NCBI GenBank assembly: GCA_041690595.1
Contig: JAWLHB010000004.1
Span: forward strand, 1 to 64,000
Length of the DNA stretch: 64,000 nucleotides
Source of the DNA: Lentisphaeria bacterium
GTDB taxonomy: Bacteria; Verrucomicrobiota; Lentisphaeria; JABSQK01; JAWLHB01
Direction of reading: 5' to 3'
Each line of letters opens with the position of its first letter. Within the stretch, counting starts at the first letter, position 1. Shown piece by piece: positions 1-9,033 of the stretch. The notes beneath the pieces were generated by a model, which saw nothing but the letters and a program-made list of their open reading frames with translations, was not told where the DNA came from and did not search any database. The translations under genes were made by a program, and so were the position numbers.

Positions 1-1
1 C

Positions 2-1027
2 CGCCAATACGATCCCTTCCTTGGCAGCTTCACCAACCCAGACTTCCTCAAGGAACTCCGCCGCTTCGGCATCGTCGACCGCGTCTTCTGCGCCAACAAT
101 GCATTGGAGAAGATTGATCCACTCGGGCTGGAAGAGAATCCTGATGATCCCTATAACGGTTGGAAGTTTACGTGGCATAATCCCCTTGACTATGTCACCG
201 GCGCTACGTATTTAGTGTTCAAAGCTGTTGATGTGCCGGCCACTGCAATCCTTAACTTCCTCTATCTTCGTCCTCATCAAGCCGATTGCCTTGCGGAGGC
301 GGATGCCGCCGCTCAGCGATATGGCTACGAATCGTACAAAGATTACCAGGACGCTCTTGCGGACAAGCTTCGGATATCCGGTCATGTTCCCACTGCGGGC
401 GACCCTGAGAAGATTGAGACAGCAAGGGAGGTGGCGCGAGATGGATTCTCGTTATATACTGAAGCAGCGACAGTTATCGCCACTACCGGACTTTCAGCAA
501 AGCTGCCGTCAAAATCAAGAAGTGAATATGATGAACTCACAGAAGCTTACAGTCGAAATGCAGCAAGTTCAGCAAAGAGGGAAGGCAGCTTCGGTGGCAT
601 AATCGGCCAGACGCCAGCCGAGCGTAGTTTTTTGGATAATGCTCAGGCGAGCTTCGGTGACAGTTCAGTATATAACAGCGCCACAAGGCATCGGAACAAT
701 ATTATCATTCAACGGTCTGATATTCCCCTGAGCATAGAGAACCTACGACGAATGGATTCGGGCTATAGCCCCTTCGTCAGGAATGCTGTAGGAGAATGGG
801 AGACGCTGAATCTTCACCACATTGGGCGACAGGACAACAAGATGATCGAGGTCCTCGCCAGCCAGAACATGTATAGCCAGTCGACGGGTGGTCCACTTCA
901 CATCCCTGGCCCCGGCGCGCCTGTCCGCCAGTCGCGCTTATCTGAGACGTATTGGCAACAACGTTTGGAGGATTTCATCAACTCTGGACAAGTTTCTGAT
1001 GACCTACTCCACCAACTAGGGAGATGA
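2..1027 (+). CDS. RHS repeat-associated core protein, C-terminal part, with LHH-family (HNH/EndoVII) nuclease toxin tip; 5' partial
   Basis: Frame 2 is open from base 2 and reads RQYDPFLGSFTNPD...FCANNALEKIDPLGL (RHS core end with the DPxG[L] cleavage motif). The C-terminus NLRRMDSGYSPF...LNLHHIGRQ...IEV...YWQQR matches the LHH nuclease pattern. Confidence 0.9.
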   Translation, partial: RQYDPFLGSFTNPDFLKELRRFGIVDRVFCANNALEKIDPLGLEENPDDPYNGWKFTWHNPLDYVTGATYLVFKAVDVPATAILNFLYLRPHQADCLAEADAAAQRYGYESYKDYQDALADKLRISGHVPTAGDPEKIETAREVARDGFSLYTEAATVIATTGLSAKLPSKSRSEYDELTEAYSRNAASSAKREGSFGGIIGQTPAERSFLDNAQASFGDSSVYNSATRHRNNIIIQRSDIPLSIENLRRMDSGYSPFVRNAVGEWETLNLHHIGRQDNKMIEVLASQNMYSQSTGGPLHIPGPGAPVRQSRLSETYWQQRLEDFINSGQVSDDLLHQLGR

Positions 1028-1031
1028 TCAG

Positions 1032-1475
1032 ATGACTCTCGACCAACAATACGAAAGCATCTTGGACTCAGCCATTACGGCAGGCCCAATTGCCAGCGAA
1101 GTGGTACAACAAGCGGAGGAAGAACTCCACGTGCGGTTTCCTGTGTCCTACCGGAAGTTCCTTGAGTGTCACGGTGCTGCGTTATGCCCAGGATTCGAGA
1201 TAGCAGGGCTGTTTCGTGTTGACAATGATGACCCGCCCATGTGGCAGAGCATCGTTGCCGCGACCAAGCAGACACGGCGAGTGTTGGGGGATGCTCTTCC
1301 GCAATGCCTCCTGCCAATTTCCAGTGACGGTGTCAGCCTAGTCTATTACTTAGACACAAGTGCCGAAATGGAATCCCCGGTTGTTGCCTACGGACCAGGT
1401 GTCGATTGTATAAAGGTATCTGATAGCTTTGAGGAATTCGTAGTTAAGGCTGCCGCCGATCAGTTGTTGGAGTAG
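1032..1475 (+). CDS. SMI1/KNR4 (SUKH) family immunity protein
   Basis: GPIASEVVQQAEEELHVRFPVSYRKFLECHG...LLPISSDG...YYLD...VSDSFEEFV; starts 4 bp after the toxin stop. Confidence 0.9.
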   Translation: MTLDQQYESILDSAITAGPIASEVVQQAEEELHVRFPVSYRKFLECHGAALCPGFEIAGLFRVDNDDPPMWQSIVAATKQTRRVLGDALPQCLLPISSDGVSLVYYLDTSAEMESPVVAYGPGVDCIKVSDSFEEFVVKAAADQLLE

Positions 1476-1669
1476 TCTCGGCGGCTAATGCCAAAGGAGA
1501 AGGGAGGAACGGCTCTGTTCCGTTTCCCAATGATTGCAGCTCCGAACGCGGATTCTACGCGCCGCAGTCTCTGCCAAAGGAACTACATAAGGACGGGTAA
1601 ACCGGGGGGCGTTATCTTGGCTGCATGAGCTTTCATCAGCGGAAAGATCGGATCGAGGAGGCGCTGTTC

Positions 1670-1715
1670 CAATGTCATTAACTTAGCTCGTAAGTCGCTG
1701 ATTTCCAGAGACTTG
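1670..1715. mobile_element. Possible solitary IS4-family terminal inverted repeat / IS remnant
   Basis: CAATGTCATTAACTTAG resembles IS4-subgroup ends (IS4: TAATGCCGATCAGTTAAG) and is followed by an AAGTC..GACTT dyad. No intact transposase or second end was seen. Confidence 0.3.
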
Positions 1716-1988
1716 TGGATCGCTCATATCCTCCTCCGATTGGCCGGGAAACGTGGCGGATTCTGCTTGAAATTTCGCGGGAACGATCTACCAGGGCGGA
1801 TGGGCGTACGGAAGTGGAGCAGTCGTTCAGCCAGAAAGGGCGTCTTCGAGATCGACCAAGACAAGAGGCCGAATATGCCTGACGCCATGGACGCAACACG
1901 TTCGGGGCACAACTGCCTTCCTCTGGGACCTCCGGGATCTCTGTGGCAAGACTGCCCGCGGGCACGCCAGTCGCGTCCGGTTGGAGAG

Positions 1989-3734
1989 CTACCTTTGCGT
2001 TCCCGAGGAGGGAAGGCAGGCGGCCATCTGGCGTAACTTTGAGCGGATGGAGGGGGCGTCGTACTTGTAGCCTTGGTACTCTTCATGAAATCCGAGGCGG
2101 GAGTCCGCCTCGACCAGAGGGAGGGTCTGGGCGGCGTTGGCAAGCTCGTCGCGGATGATGGCGAGGAGAGCGGGATCGGGGGGAAGATCACAGGGAGGTG
2201 TCAGCCCATCACGCGCCAGAATGCGCTGCTGCTCGCGATAGAAGCGCCATACATTCCAGAGGGAATGCAGCTGAATGGCCACCATGCGCGCGACGCCGTA
2301 CTCCGGGTGGCCGGAGATGACGCTGTAGGGCTCCAGTCCCTGCTCCCAATCGCGGCTCACCCGCCCATACGCCTTGACCACCTCGTCGAGCGTGAGGCTC
2401 TGAAGGCAGCCGCTGAGATCGTCGCCGATCGGGTCGGGCATGAAGGAGCGTCCGCTTCGGGTTCCAGCGACGTGGAGCGTAAGGGGACGCGCCGGCGCAT
2501 CGTTGTGGGGGCCGGAGTAGAGGAGCGGCACCTCGAACGGAAGGCCGAGAAAGGCTTCGCTGAATTGCTCCCATGCCAGACGCAGCGGCCCCGAGTCGCT
2601 CACCCCGAACTCTCGTCGAGCGACGGCATCGAGAAAAAGGTCAAGGTCGCGATAGCGAGCGGGATCTTCGGCAAAGAGCTGGACGGCGCGCGTATTGAGC
2701 GTGAGGGCGCAACCAATAGTCCAGCAGCCCATGAAGCCATTCAGTTGCTGATCTCCGAGGGCGACCAGCTTCCTATGGAGCGTCGCCAGCACCGGCAGAT
2801 TGGGTACCGTACATAGCTCATGGGTGGTGTTGAGCTGGAGCTTGGCATGGACCTGGCGGGCTCCGGCAATCGCCCGACTCTGCACCAGCCGTTCGCAAGG
2901 GCCCGCGTAACTGAGTGCGTACTCACCTATGTGGATCTGCCGCCCCGCGAATGGCTTGGAGCCGCCAAACTCCATGTCGAGGAGGAGTTCCACATTCTCC
3001 GGGAGGTGATCGATGATGGCCGCGGGCGGATCCGGATACCAGAGGTTCCACTCCCAATTCCAGGCGAGGATGCGGAAAGGCTCCCGCTGCTCCCGGCTGA
3101 CCTCGCTCCACAGACCGATGTGGTCGAGGACCAGCTCCGCCGGTTCGCGCTCGCGGCAGCGGGGGCAGCTCATCTGGTCCGCTTGCGCCCGGCTGATCTT
3201 CGACCAGCAGTGGGTATGATCTTCGCTGCCGGTGATCAGGATCACGCCAGCTACCCCGGTCAGCCGCTGGAATACGCTGGCCAATGCCTCACGCTGGAAG
3301 GCCTGGACGTCGGGCACACTTGTGCACAACGCGTTACGGCCCCACCTTTCGACGCCGCGCAGATGCTCATGATGGACCCAGAAGGGATGCTCTTTCCTGA
3401 CGGCAGCCGGCTCGTTGAAGTAGAGGAAGACGCCCAGGCCATGTTCCCGCGCCCGCGTCACGACCCGCCGCAGGCTGGCGATACGCTCGCCGCGGAGCGG
3501 CTCGTTCAGCTCCGGAAAGATTGTCGACTCCATCAACTCATAGAGCCGGCAGAAGATCCAGATGGCATTGAATCCGCCTGCCGCGATGGCGGCCAGCTTG
3601 TCACTGGTCATCGTCTTGTCCGCTTCGAGAGCTTCGTTTCCGTAAGAGTTGGGGAGCGCGCCCGCGCGCCAGATGCGCAACCCATCCGGGCTGTTCCAGG
3701 CCGGCATCTTCGGCGCTTTGTCGTGTTGATTCAT
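1989..3734 (-). CDS. Hypothetical protein, possibly a TIM-barrel glycoside-hydrolase-like enzyme
   Basis: Long ORF with GFNAIWIF, HGLGVFLYFNEP, LCTS.P.V, a CPRC motif and WNWEW. ATG at 3734 follows an AGGA. Confidence 0.6.
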   Translation of the reverse strand: MNQHDKAPKMPAWNSPDGLRIWRAGALPNSYGNEALEADKTMTSDKLAAIAAGGFNAIWIFCRLYELMESTIFPELNEPLRGERIASLRRVVTRAREHGLGVFLYFNEPAAVRKEHPFWVHHEHLRGVERWGRNALCTSVPDVQAFQREALASVFQRLTGVAGVILITGSEDHTHCWSKISRAQADQMSCPRCREREPAELVLDHIGLWSEVSREQREPFRILAWNWEWNLWYPDPPAAIIDHLPENVELLLDMEFGGSKPFAGRQIHIGEYALSYAGPCERLVQSRAIAGARQVHAKLQLNTTHELCTVPNLPVLATLHRKLVALGDQQLNGFMGCWTIGCALTLNTRAVQLFAEDPARYRDLDLFLDAVARREFGVSDSGPLRLAWEQFSEAFLGLPFEVPLLYSGPHNDAPARPLTLHVAGTRSGRSFMPDPIGDDLSGCLQSLTLDEVVKAYGRVSRDWEQGLEPYSVISGHPEYGVARMVAIQLHSLWNVWRFYREQQRILARDGLTPPCDLPPDPALLAIIRDELANAAQTLPLVEADSRLGFHEEYQGYKYDAPSIRSKLRQMAACLPSSGTQR

Positions 3735-3788
3735 CGAGCTTCCTGATAGCGGCGAGGTCCATCCCACGGCGGCCTCACCGTCTGGCGG

Positions 3789-4769
3789 TTAGGTGTGCCA
3801 GTCAAAGGCAATGGTCAGGAACGGATTGGCGGGATCCTTCAGCGTCTGGTAAACCTGCGTTGCCGCTTCCGGGGAGCGAACATCATCGATCAGGTCGCGG
3901 CCCGCCAGTCGCTTCTGCTTGAACAGCTCCAGCGCGGTGACGCGATCGCACGGCTGATGCGCCTTTGGGACCAGGAAGGTGAGCTGTCGGGCGAAGGCCT
4001 CAACGTACGGAAAGGTGATCTCTCCGGAATAGCTGCCCTGGATCAGGTAGCGGTTGTCCGGCTGAACCGCGTCGGTCAGCGGGACACGCCTGGCCAGCGC
4101 GAGCGCTTCGATAAGGACGGCCGGGACCCCGGTGGCATCGATGATAAGCTCCACGCCGTTGCCGATGTGCGGCGCAAAGGTCGAGATCAGATCGCCGTTC
4201 AGGTCAAGCCCCTGACAGCCTGCGTCGACCAGCTTCCTGACGCGCCAGGCGGATCTGTCGCAGCCCATCACCCGGGCTCCCGCCAGAGCATGCAATCGCG
4301 CTGACAGGTGGCCGATGACGCCCAGCCCGACCACGACCGCTGTTTCTCCCAGGCGGGGGCGGCTCATGCGCAGGCCGCGAATGGCAATGGCGGCAAGAAC
4401 GCAGGTCGAGCTTTCCAGCAGCTCCACCTCGTCGGGTATGGCGGTGACGACGGCCGCGGGGACAATCGCATGGCTGACGTGGCCGCCACCGTGCGGCGAA
4501 ATGGCGGTGTCAACGCTCCCGGTGCAGAAAACCCGCGCGCCTTCCGGAATATCGGCGCGGCTCTGCACCACGCGCCCGGCAAGTGCATAGCCGGGGATGA
4601 TCGGGTAGGTCGGGTTGTTCCCACCGCGCAGCGCCCGCAGCTCGGTGCCGGGGCTGACACACGTATACGCGCTTTCGATCAGCACTTCGCCCGGTGCAAT
4701 CTCCCGGGGCTTGAATGGGCGGACTTCGACCCGGTCCACCCCAGTGAAGACGATCGCTCTGCCTGACAT
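3789..4769 (-). CDS. Medium-chain (zinc-binding ADH family) dehydrogenase
   Basis: GEVLIE...SPGTE...YPIIPGY; Rossmann motif VVGLGVIG; IIDATG. Confidence 0.85.
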   Translation of the reverse strand: MSGRAIVFTGVDRVEVRPFKPREIAPGEVLIESAYTCVSPGTELRALRGGNNPTYPIIPGYALAGRVVQSRADIPEGARVFCTGSVDTAISPHGGGHVSHAIVPAAVVTAIPDEVELLESSTCVLAAIAIRGLRMSRPRLGETAVVVGLGVIGHLSARLHALAGARVMGCDRSAWRVRKLVDAGCQGLDLNGDLISTFAPHIGNGVELIIDATGVPAVLIEALALARRVPLTDAVQPDNRYLIQGSYSGEITFPYVEAFARQLTFLVPKAHQPCDRVTALELFKQKRLAGRDLIDDVRSPEAATQVYQTLKDPANPFLTIAFDWHT

Positions 4770-4860
4770 GACGCACGCCCTGCCGCTGCCGATGGGTTAT
4801 AGTACTACGATAGCATTAGTGTAGCGCGAGCTTCTATCGAGAACAATCGGCGGGACGAAA

Positions 4861-5328
4861 CTATTCCGCGAATCCGGGTGGCGGCAGCGGCTTGGGGGCG
4901 CTGTCGCTAGTGGAAATGTGGATGCGGCGATGGTCGTGATGGCGGGTGATGGTGATGACGAGGTGGTGGGGCGGCAGGAGTTCGGTAATCCGCTCGGCCC
5001 ACTCGATGACGGAAACGGCATCGCTGTCAAAGAGATACTCGTCAATCCCGAAGGCAAGGGCATCGTGCTCCCCCTGGATGCGATACATGTCCATGTGGTA
5101 GAGCCGAAGATCGCGGCCGGGGTATTCCTGGATGATGGCGAAGGTGGGGCTGGTCACAGGCTCGGTGATACCCAGGCCCCGGGCGATGCCGCGCGTGAGC
5201 ACGGTCTTCCCGGCGCCCAGATCGCCATGGAGGGCAATGACGGCGGCGCCGCGAAGGGTGGCGGCGAGCTTCGCGCCAACAGCTTCCGTCTCGGCTTCGG
5301 TGGAGGTCGTAAAAGTCTGATCGGGCAT
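4861..5328 (-). CDS. tsaE: tRNA threonylcarbamoyladenosine biosynthesis ATPase TsaE (YjeE)
   Basis: LHGDLGAGKT, VTSPTF, YHMDMYR, IEWAE motifs. Confidence 0.95.
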   Translation of the reverse strand: MPDQTFTTSTEAETEAVGAKLAATLRGAAVIALHGDLGAGKTVLTRGIARGLGITEPVTSPTFAIIQEYPGRDLRLYHMDMYRIQGEHDALAFGIDEYLFDSDAVSVIEWAERITELLPPHHLVITITRHHDHRRIHISTSDSAPKPLPPPGFAE

Positions 5329-5453
5329 AGGGGAGAGGTGGGTGAGTGGTGAGTGGGGTACTGTAGTACGTGAGCAAGCTGGACGCAATCGTCACGGAAC
5401 GCATTGAGCGCACGGCATGTTGACGGTATCGTACGCGCAGCAGAAAGGAGTTC

Positions 5454-7676
5454 ATGAAGACAGAAGAGACACGTAAGATCGGTCTGGCCGGGGCGACCTT
5501 GATCGGTGTGGGGGCGATTGTGGGGGGAGGTGTGCTGGCGCTGGCTGGTGCCGCCTTCGACAAGGCCGGGCCCGCCACCCTCCTCGCTTTTGTGCTCAAT
5601 GGGGGGATCGCCGTTCTGACGGCGCTCAGCTATGCCGAAATGTCCACTGCCTTTCCAGAGAATGGAGGCGCCTATACCTTTACGAAGAAGCTCCTGAATG
5701 TGCGGGCTGCCTTCGGGATGGGATGGATCGTCTTCTTCGCTTCCATCGCGGCTGGTGTTCTCTATGCCCTCGGTTTCTCCGCCTATGCACTCGAAGCGAT
5801 TGCGGAGCTGCTGCGCGTCAGTGGGCGCGAGGTGCCCGTCTGGCTCCACACGCGTCCGGTCTCCGTGGCAACGGCACTGGCCGCTATCGTCTTCTATGGT
5901 ATCATCCTCACGCGGAGATCCGGGGGAAGTGGCGTGTGGGAGACCGTGGGGAAGGTCATCGTTTTCATTTTGATCATCCTGGGTGGCATCTGGTTCCTGG
6001 TGCGCCATCCAGAGTCGATGGGGGCAGGAAAACTGCGGCCCTTTTTCCCGAGCGGAGGGATGGGCATGCTTGCGGCCATGGGGTACACCTTCATCGCCCT
6101 GCAGGGTTTTGACATCATCGCCGCGGTCGCGGGTGAGGTCAAGGAGCCGGAGCGCACCCTGCCGCGCGCGATGCTCTATTCGCTGGGCATTGCCTTGATC
6201 ATCTATTTGCCGCTCCTCTTCGTGGTGATGACCGCGGGCGTTCCCCCGGGCCAGACGGTGGGCGAGCTCGCGGCCGCTAATCCAGAGACGGTCATCGCCG
6301 ATGCGGTGCGCACCTTCATGGGGCCGGTCGGCTACTGGCTGGTGATGGTGGCTGCCATCCTCGCCATGCTTTCGGCCCTCCTGGCCAATCTCCTTGCCTC
6401 ATCCCGCATCGCCCTGGCCATGGCAAAGGACCGGACCCTCCCGCGGCGACTGACGGTCCTCGAACCAAAGCGGTCGCTTCCCGTGCGCGCGGTCTGGACA
6501 AGCGCGGCGGTGATGCTGTTGATCCTCCTGGTGGTCCCGAACGTCGCGGCGGCGGGTGCGGCGGCAGGGTTGATCTTCCTGCTCTCCTACGCCTTGACCC
6601 ATGTAACCTGCATCCTTGCCAGGCGGCGGGGAGGGGCCGACTTCGGCGCCTTTCGGGTTCCCTGGTTTCCCCTGCTGCCGATACTTGGGCTGATCAGCTG
6701 CGTGGCCCTGGCACTCTTCCAGGGCTTTCAGGAGCCGAGCGCGGGGGTGATCATGGGGCTCTGGCTGATTCTTGGCTTTGGCATGTATGGGCTGATGCTC
6801 TCCAATCGGGCGTCCGTCTGGGACGCACGCAGCGAGGCGACGGATCCGGCGCTAATCAAGTTGCGGGGGCGCAGCCCTCTGGTTCTGGTGCCGCTGGCGA
6901 ATCCAGCTCATGCGCTCGCCATGGTCGAAGTGGCAAAAGCGCTGGCGCCGACCGAGGTGGGGCGCGTCATGCTGCTCTCGGTCATGCGGGGGAGGGGCCA
7001 GTGGTCCAGGGAGAGCGAGCCCCCACCGGAGCTGAAGGCGAGCCAGGATGTGATCGGCGCGGCCCTCGCGGCGGCGGTACGCATCGGCATCAACCCCGAA
7101 GCGTTGATCACCATGGCTGGTGAGCCATGGGGCGAGATTGTCCGTGTTGCCAACCTGCACCGGTGCGAAAGCCTGTTGCTCGGCATGAGCGATATCTCGG
7201 GTTCCGTCGAGAAGCTTGCTATCGAGCCGACGATTCAGGGTGTGGCAGCCGATGTCGTCATCATGGGTTCACCGCCGGGATGGCATCTGGAAGCGGCACA
7301 GCAGATCCTGGTGCCCATCGGCGGCGGCGGCGGGCATGACGAACTTCGTGCGCGCCTCCTCAGCAGCCTCTGCCGGGGCACTCCGCGGCACGTTCGTTAC
7401 CTGCGGGTGGTCCCGGCCGGAACCCCTCCCGGCCATGTCGAGCGCATGCAGCGCGATCTTCTTCGCGCGGCTGAAGAGGAGGTGCCGCATCATACGGAAG
7501 CGCGGATCCTTCTGGACGACGATCCCGTTGGCGCGATTGAGCGGGAAGCAGCCGCCTGCGATCTGATCGTTCTGGGTCTCCAGGTTCGGGGCGGTCAACG
7601 GATCTTCAGCAAGACCGTGCTGTCCATTGCCCGGGCCGCGGGCGGTGGTGTGATCATGATCAGCAAGCGCATATGA
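5454..7676 (+). CDS. APC-family amino acid permease with C-terminal universal stress protein (USP)-like domains
   Basis: IGVGAIVGGG, SYAEMSTAFPENGGAY, GFDIIAAVAGEVKEPERTLPRA; about 12 hydrophobic segments, then VLVPLANP and ILVPIGGG USP-like modules. GGAG RBS. Confidence 0.9.
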   Translation: MKTEETRKIGLAGATLIGVGAIVGGGVLALAGAAFDKAGPATLLAFVLNGGIAVLTALSYAEMSTAFPENGGAYTFTKKLLNVRAAFGMGWIVFFASIAAGVLYALGFSAYALEAIAELLRVSGREVPVWLHTRPVSVATALAAIVFYGIILTRRSGGSGVWETVGKVIVFILIILGGIWFLVRHPESMGAGKLRPFFPSGGMGMLAAMGYTFIALQGFDIIAAVAGEVKEPERTLPRAMLYSLGIALIIYLPLLFVVMTAGVPPGQTVGELAAANPETVIADAVRTFMGPVGYWLVMVAAILAMLSALLANLLASSRIALAMAKDRTLPRRLTVLEPKRSLPVRAVWTSAAVMLLILLVVPNVAAAGAAAGLIFLLSYALTHVTCILARRRGGADFGAFRVPWFPLLPILGLISCVALALFQGFQEPSAGVIMGLWLILGFGMYGLMLSNRASVWDARSEATDPALIKLRGRSPLVLVPLANPAHALAMVEVAKALAPTEVGRVMLLSVMRGRGQWSRESEPPPELKASQDVIGAALAAAVRIGINPEALITMAGEPWGEIVRVANLHRCESLLLGMSDISGSVEKLAIEPTIQGVAADVVIMGSPPGWHLEAAQQILVPIGGGGGHDELRARLLSSLCRGTPRHVRYLRVVPAGTPPGHVERMQRDLLRAAEEEVPHHTEARILLDDDPVGAIEREAAACDLIVLGLQVRGGQRIFSKTVLSIARAAGGGVIMISKRI

Positions 7677-7743
7677 AGTCGCGACGGCTCGTTGCCAACG
7701 GCGGCAAAGGCAGTACGTTTAGACAAACCATGGGAGATCGAGA

Positions 7744-9027
7744 ATGCAGAACGATAGGTACGATGTCATCATCGTGGGTGGTGGGGCCGCGGGGGTCAAC
7801 GCCGCAATACAGGCAGGACGTTCGGGTGCGCGGGCGCTGCTGGTCGAGAAGAACGGTCGCCTCGGCGGGGTAACCGTCAATTCGGGGATCAATTATCCCG
7901 GCCTCTTCCATGCCTGGGGCAAGCAGATCATCCGCGGCACCGGCTGGGAGCTGGTGGAGCGTACCGTTCGTGAAAGCGGCGGGACTCTGCCCGATTTCTC
8001 CCAGGTTCCGGCGCGCCATTTCGCGCATCAGATCGGCGTGGACATGATGATCTACCCAGCGCTCTGTGACGAGCTGATCGTCGATGCCGGAACGGAGATT
8101 CTGCATCACACCATGGCTGCCGCGGCCACCCGCAACGGCGACGGCTGGCGCCTCACCGTATGCACCAAGGAGGGGCTGCGGGAGTTGGAGGCAAAGGTGC
8201 TCATCGACTGCACCGGCGATGCCAATCTCGTCTCCATGGCCGGCTTCAAGCTGCGAGATCCCGGTGCCTCGCAACCGGCTACCCTCTCCTGCTTCGCCTC
8301 CGGTTATGATCTCGACACCCTCGACATGGATGCCGTCAACGTCGCTTTTTGCGAAGCCGTCGAACGGGGCGAGGTCAAGGCCAGCGATGGGGGTTGGCGC
8401 ATCGATCAACCGTCGATCAGTCACTGGCTGAGAAGCCGAGGCCAGAATGGCAATCACATCGAGGCGACGCCCGACGCGCGTACCAGCGCGGGGCGCAGCG
8501 CCATGGAGATCGAGGGGCGGCGCGCCATCTACCGCGTCTACAGCTTCCTCCGCCGCCAACCCGGCTTCGAAAAGCTCAGAATCGACTGGGTCTCTCCCGA
8601 GGTCGGCATCCGCGAGACCGTCACCATCGAGGGCGAGGAGACCGTGACGCTGGAGGATTTCCGCACCAGCCGCATCTATCCGGAAGCGATCTGTTACGCC
8701 TATTATCCCATCGACCTGCATGGCATGAGAAGCTACGACTGGCAGACGCCGGCCCTGCCGAAAGGAGCGCTGGCAACCATTCCGCGCGGTGCGCTCATCC
8801 CCAGGGGAAGCCGCAATCTGCTTGCTGCCGGCCGCTGCTTCTCCAGCGACCGCCTCGCCAACAGCGCGCTGCGTGTCCAGGTACCGTGCATGGCCATGGG
8901 GCAGGCAGCCGGCGCCTTGGCGGCCCTGGCGGTTCAGCACAGAACCACGATCAACGACCTGGCGATCGACCTTCTCACCGATCACCTGCGGGAGCATGAC
9001 GCGATCATCCCCCCAGATCTCGGATGA
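7744..9027 (+). CDS. FAD-dependent oxidoreductase (FAD_oxidored family)
   Basis: YDVIIVGGGAAG, LVEKNGRLGG, IDCTGDA, NLLAAGRCFS, RVQVPCMAMGQAAG. Confidence 0.9.
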   Translation: MQNDRYDVIIVGGGAAGVNAAIQAGRSGARALLVEKNGRLGGVTVNSGINYPGLFHAWGKQIIRGTGWELVERTVRESGGTLPDFSQVPARHFAHQIGVDMMIYPALCDELIVDAGTEILHHTMAAAATRNGDGWRLTVCTKEGLRELEAKVLIDCTGDANLVSMAGFKLRDPGASQPATLSCFASGYDLDTLDMDAVNVAFCEAVERGEVKASDGGWRIDQPSISHWLRSRGQNGNHIEATPDARTSAGRSAMEIEGRRAIYRVYSFLRRQPGFEKLRIDWVSPEVGIRETVTIEGEETVTLEDFRTSRIYPEAICYAYYPIDLHGMRSYDWQTPALPKGALATIPRGALIPRGSRNLLAAGRCFSSDRLANSALRVQVPCMAMGQAAGALAALAVQHRTTINDLAIDLLTDHLREHDAIIPPDLG

Positions 9028-9033
9028 AAGCGG

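Noticed and set aside
1505..1528. Hairpin after the immunity gene as an intrinsic terminator
   Set aside because: The stem is imperfect and there is no clear U-tract.
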